DNA of 64,000 nucleotides from Hydractinia symbiolongicarpus (Eukaryota): NCBI RefSeq assembly GCF_029227915.1, contig NC_079880.1, positions 19,707,855 to 19,771,854 of the forward strand, read 5' to 3'. Shown piece by piece: positions 60,111 to 64,000 of this stretch (position 1 is its first letter; each line of letters starts with the position of its first letter). The notes under the pieces were generated by a model. It saw only the letters and a program-made list of their open reading frames with translations, ran no database searches and was not told where the DNA came from. The position numbers and the translations under genes were made by a program.

Positions 60111-61916
60111 TAGTAAAGAACATCCCTAATAACACCTGGCCTTACTAACTCCATGTAAACGTTAGATTTAAAATTCAACTTCTTCTTTAATAAAACTTGC
60201 ACTACGCCATTTTCTCCATTCCTCATAGCAAGATATTACTAATCTCATCGGCTTTTATTGGAAAGTTACAGATTGATCCTTTTATTTTGGGGCACTGACC
60301 TTGTGGCATTATTGCAATGCGTTTAAATAAAATTCTCTTGGATATAATAATCTTTTCCAAGCGTCGCAATGTACACATTGCTTCAGGGAGGTCAAATATT
60401 TGAAGATTGTTTGATGCAGCCTGCGCGGGAACATTTTTTCCTAAGCTTTAAATGATGTATCCTTTACTATCAAAACTTTGTACTTCATATAGGAAATGTT
60501 CGATTACATATAACACAAACTTAAAAGGGTCCGTTCTCAATGCATTGCTTGAAGTCGTTTACTTTTAAATTCGCCGACAAATGGGTATCGTTTTCTTGCA
60601 GCCTTTTGTATTTCTTGACCCTGTTCCGTTTTCCTATATTTGCCTATTGAGCCCCTTTGCCTCACTTGGCCTTGTTCGGTTTTTTTGGATTTGGTGTTGG
60701 TTTGTCTTACCCCGCTCTGTTTTTTTGTATTTGATCGTTGACTCTTTTTGTTTCGTTTACCACTTTTAGATTTACGGTAATTTCTGTTTTAATCCAGTTT
60801 CCTTTTCCGACGAAAGCTTTGAACCTGTTGCAGCAAATCAAAATTCAAAAGGACCGACTTACCGCATTTGGTTATTTCCCCTCGACTGTTTCGACTGTGT
60901 GGGTTGAACAAAAAATTTGCGGACTACCCCAAATTATTGCAAACCTTACGCCACCAATAATGCACAACATTCAATTTCCTTTATCAAAACTTAACTAACA
61001 ATACACATGCAACCTAGAGATATCAGGTCCATCTCTGATAATATAAGAATTATTTTCGAAACCTTGTATCAGCACAACTTTATTTTGAAGCGTTAATTGG
61101 TTTGGGACTTCAGACATACTTAAATACTGGTTAGCGTAACCTAGGTCTGTATACAATTTAGGATAAGGTTAAAAAAATCTTAAAACATAAATAATCATGA
61201 TCAAATCAGCCTCACGGGGTTTCTACTCGCGTGCTTTACAAAAAGTAGTATTCAGGTGTGAATAGAAAAACGCCTTTTAAAATGCAATAAGGTTGCAGCG
61301 TTATTTTAATCTTCAAAATAATCTAGCTTCGTACCTACTAAAAACAAATTTGAAGATTACCGTTTTCTTTAATTTGTACAAAATTAGGAAAAATTTATAG
61401 CCGCCCAGCATTTTTTAGCCCCCCTCACTATTAAGCGCCCATTCAAAAAAGGCGATTGTTCGGATCATTACGCTATTCACAATAACTCCATGAAGTATTT
61501 AATGATGAAAGAATGTGAGAACAAACCAAAAAACACTGTAGAAATATAAATTCATTGCAACAGGTAACTGTGGGACCAGCGGTGCAAGGAAATAAAGTTT
61601 TACCTAAAAAAAGGTGGAAAGCAAATACTAAATTGAAAACATAAAATATGATTTTCAGCGATAACTTGTAATCAGAAACTAGACGAGAAAAATAGTTGTC
61701 TAGTTTTTCTTTTACAAGAGTACATAATAAGAAGATGTACAGAAAATATATGAAAAAAATTAGGTAAGAAAAAAATTCAGATAATACGCCGGGGAAATTA
61801 CACCGTAGTTGAATTGTCAACATTTTGATAAAAACATTACTAAAAATTTATGTTATAAAACTCTTCAATTAAATTTTAGACATAAGGCCTCCTTATAACG
61901 GGACTCAAACCTTTAA

Positions 61917-62674
61917 CCCTATTCGGTCCGAGGGGGGGCGGATTCCGCCCCCCCCCCCTGACGGTTTTTTTTAATAACTCCTTGTTGCTTTGTTATATGG
62001 CTATGATACTTACTGAGTTTCAATATTTATCTATTACACACCTGCATGCTAAATTTTTAGCTCCCATACCTTTCACAGGCTTTGATATTGGCCATTACTT
62101 GAAACTGCCCCTAAAAATCTCTATGAAATCCTTATAATGGAGAAAATATTATAACTCCTGTTAGGATTATCCTTAGAACTTGAAACTTGCAACGCAACTT
62201 TATTTCATCAAGAAAAATCATTTTGAATAATTTGGACACGTGACTAATCCTATTTCCCGATTTTGTCGGATTTTACCCGAAAATCTAAAAAAGCCGGATT
62301 TTTGGGCAATTTTTTGGCAATTTCTTATGCGATCCATGCAAAAACCAGAAGATATGTTAAATAGCTTTTATTAAGCTTTCAGAAACTTCAAACAGAATGT
62401 AAAAATTCGCTCTAGAATAAAAGTAATTAAATTTTAAGCAGATAGTGGCATTTTTAAAAATTTTCAAGCTTCTGATGACGTCACAGAAAAATGTGCTGAC
62501 GCAAGCAAAAATTTATTGCCGCCATTTTGTTTTTTTTATGACGTACTATAAGTGTGCCAAGTTTGATTCAATTTGAACAATCCTATAAAAAGTTATTGGG
62601 GTGGGGGGGGGGGGGGCAGAATCCGCCCCCCCCCCCGGTCATAGTATGTTTGGAAAACCCCGGACCGAATAGGG
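61917..62674 (+). mobile_element. Full-length 758 bp copy of the piggyBac-like MITE family: TIR CCCTATTCGGTCCG, G/C-homopolymer-rich subterminal regions, TTAA target at the 5' side and CTAA (degenerate TTAA) at the 3' side. Non-coding.
   Basis: The 5' end is TTAA|CCCTATTCGGTCCGAGGGGGGGCGGATTCCGCCCCCCCCCCTGACGG. The 3' end is GGGGGGGGGGGGGGCAGAATCCGCCCCCCCCCCCGG...CGGACCGAATAGGG|CTAA. The termini are reverse complements. Four other partial copies in the window share the sequence. Confidence 0.8.
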
Positions 62675-64000
62675 CTAACGGATGTGAAGGCGCCATTTTT
62701 AAATTTTACTTTAAACTTTGTTTTTGCGCAAATATATCTTCTTAATAGCGAGATATGATGTGTTAAGTTTCCACATGCAGTTGGAAAAACTCATTGAAAC
62801 TCTCAACAATCTCTTTTTGAGTGATTTAATTATGCCTAACTTTCGTTTTTGTTGGATTCGTGACGTCAATTCACTGATACAATCGCGCGCTCACAAAACT
62901 CAACCCTGTTTCTATTTTCTTAAGCTTAACAGGCTTTTCTTGTAAACATTTTGTCTATATTCTCTAATTTCTTTACAACTACAAAAAAACTTTTATCTTG
63001 AGAGGAGGAGTTGCGCTTTAACAGCTGAATTAGATTAAAAAACAATGAAAGAAAAAGATGTTAAATTTATACATAAGATAACATTCACAAAATAATCAGC
63101 TGTAGATATATGACAAAAAGTTATGTCAAATTCTCGCGCACCCAATCTTGCAATGCACGTCGGTATACCATAACATAAATTAGTTAAAATTTGATAAAAA
63201 TAATTCGACACTGAGCCCAAGAATAAAACGTAAGATATTTTGTATTTTAAGGTTTTGTTGACATTTCTATATAAGCGGTGATTAAATTTTAACCTAACTT
63301 AATTTAGCAATGTCACGCTAAAGTTTTAGCTGGCAAACATATTTGACTGGTTGGATGAATAAAAAACAGTAGTTAAAATAAAAAGATTTTTAGAGTATTT
63401 ATTAATGATGAGCGAACAATTATGATTGTCGAAATGATGGACGACTACTAGCGAAATGTAACACACACGTTTCGAGATGTACTACAACTTTCACTTCCTG
63501 TTGTTTAGGGAGTGCTCACAACGCAAACCTCGCGCATAAAGCTAAAAATCTATTATCATTAGCAGGAAAAATATCTGGTGAGTATGATGTCTGGAGTATG
63601 ATGACTGCGGAAAATCTTAAGGAATCTGGGTAGTCAGAGAGAAAACAACAAGTGTTTAAATAGAAAATGTTCAAATTTTGAAGACTATAGTATTCAAAAT
63701 TTGAATATTAAGTTTCATTTGACTCTTCTAAATTTATCAGTGTATCTAAACAGAACAGAACCTCTGATATATTTCTTAATTTCGCCTGTCTGTAACAACA
63801 TGATATTAAACATCTTTATAAAAATGCTCCGTATTTTATAAACCTGAATTTTTAAAAGACCTACCCTAATTTAATTTTGATGTAACATTCACGGTAAAAT
63901 AATTTTTATTGTTTGTTTCCTCTGTCTTTTCACTTTTACTCGACTGTTATCAATTTCATCATAAAAAAATTTATTTTTCCCGCTTTATAAGATTGAAATT

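Overview
This is AT-rich eukaryotic nuclear DNA, roughly 30% GC by eye with short GT-AG introns, most consistent with a cnidarian such as Hydra. It is not prokaryotic, so no CRISPR array or operon is expected or seen. The organism call is an inference.

**Genes**
- The last five exons of a dihydrolipoamide acetyltransferase gene (DLAT, pyruvate dehydrogenase E2) lie on the + strand at 216-7370. The exons carry the 2-oxoacid dehydrogenase catalytic motif DHRVVDG.
- A complete-looking TCF/LEF gene lies on the + strand at 10088-13575. It has the MPQL N-terminus, an HMG box and a C-clamp.
- An intronless 319 aa type I membrane glycoprotein lies on the - strand at 22010-22969.
- An intronless 226 aa caspase-like peptidase with an atypical active site lies on the - strand at 31997-32677.
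- A two-exon 7TM receptor-like gene lies on the + strand at 43097-44583.
- A disrupted secreted-protein gene lies on the - strand at 50199-50941.

**Repeats and mobile elements**
- A roughly 3 kb GC-rich degenerate satellite array (16900-19870) contains a freshly triplicated 70 bp unit.
- A near full-length non-LTR retrotransposon sits on the - strand at 38560-42615, with an APE endonuclease and RT in one frame broken by a single TAA, 90 bp 5' monomers and a (TAA)n tail.
- A 98-99% identical 5'-truncated copy of that element sits in inverted orientation at 53062-54790.
- A decayed Helitron/Helentron remnant on the - strand at 57717-60110 keeps Rep and APE-endonuclease fragments.
- Five copies of a piggyBac-like MITE family (TTAA flanks) and one Tourist/Harbinger-like MITE (TTA duplication) are present.
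- A tRNA-Asp-derived SINE, an integrase-like pseudogene fragment, several tandem repeats and microsatellites, and clustered perfect CRE palindromes in the DLAT introns are also present.
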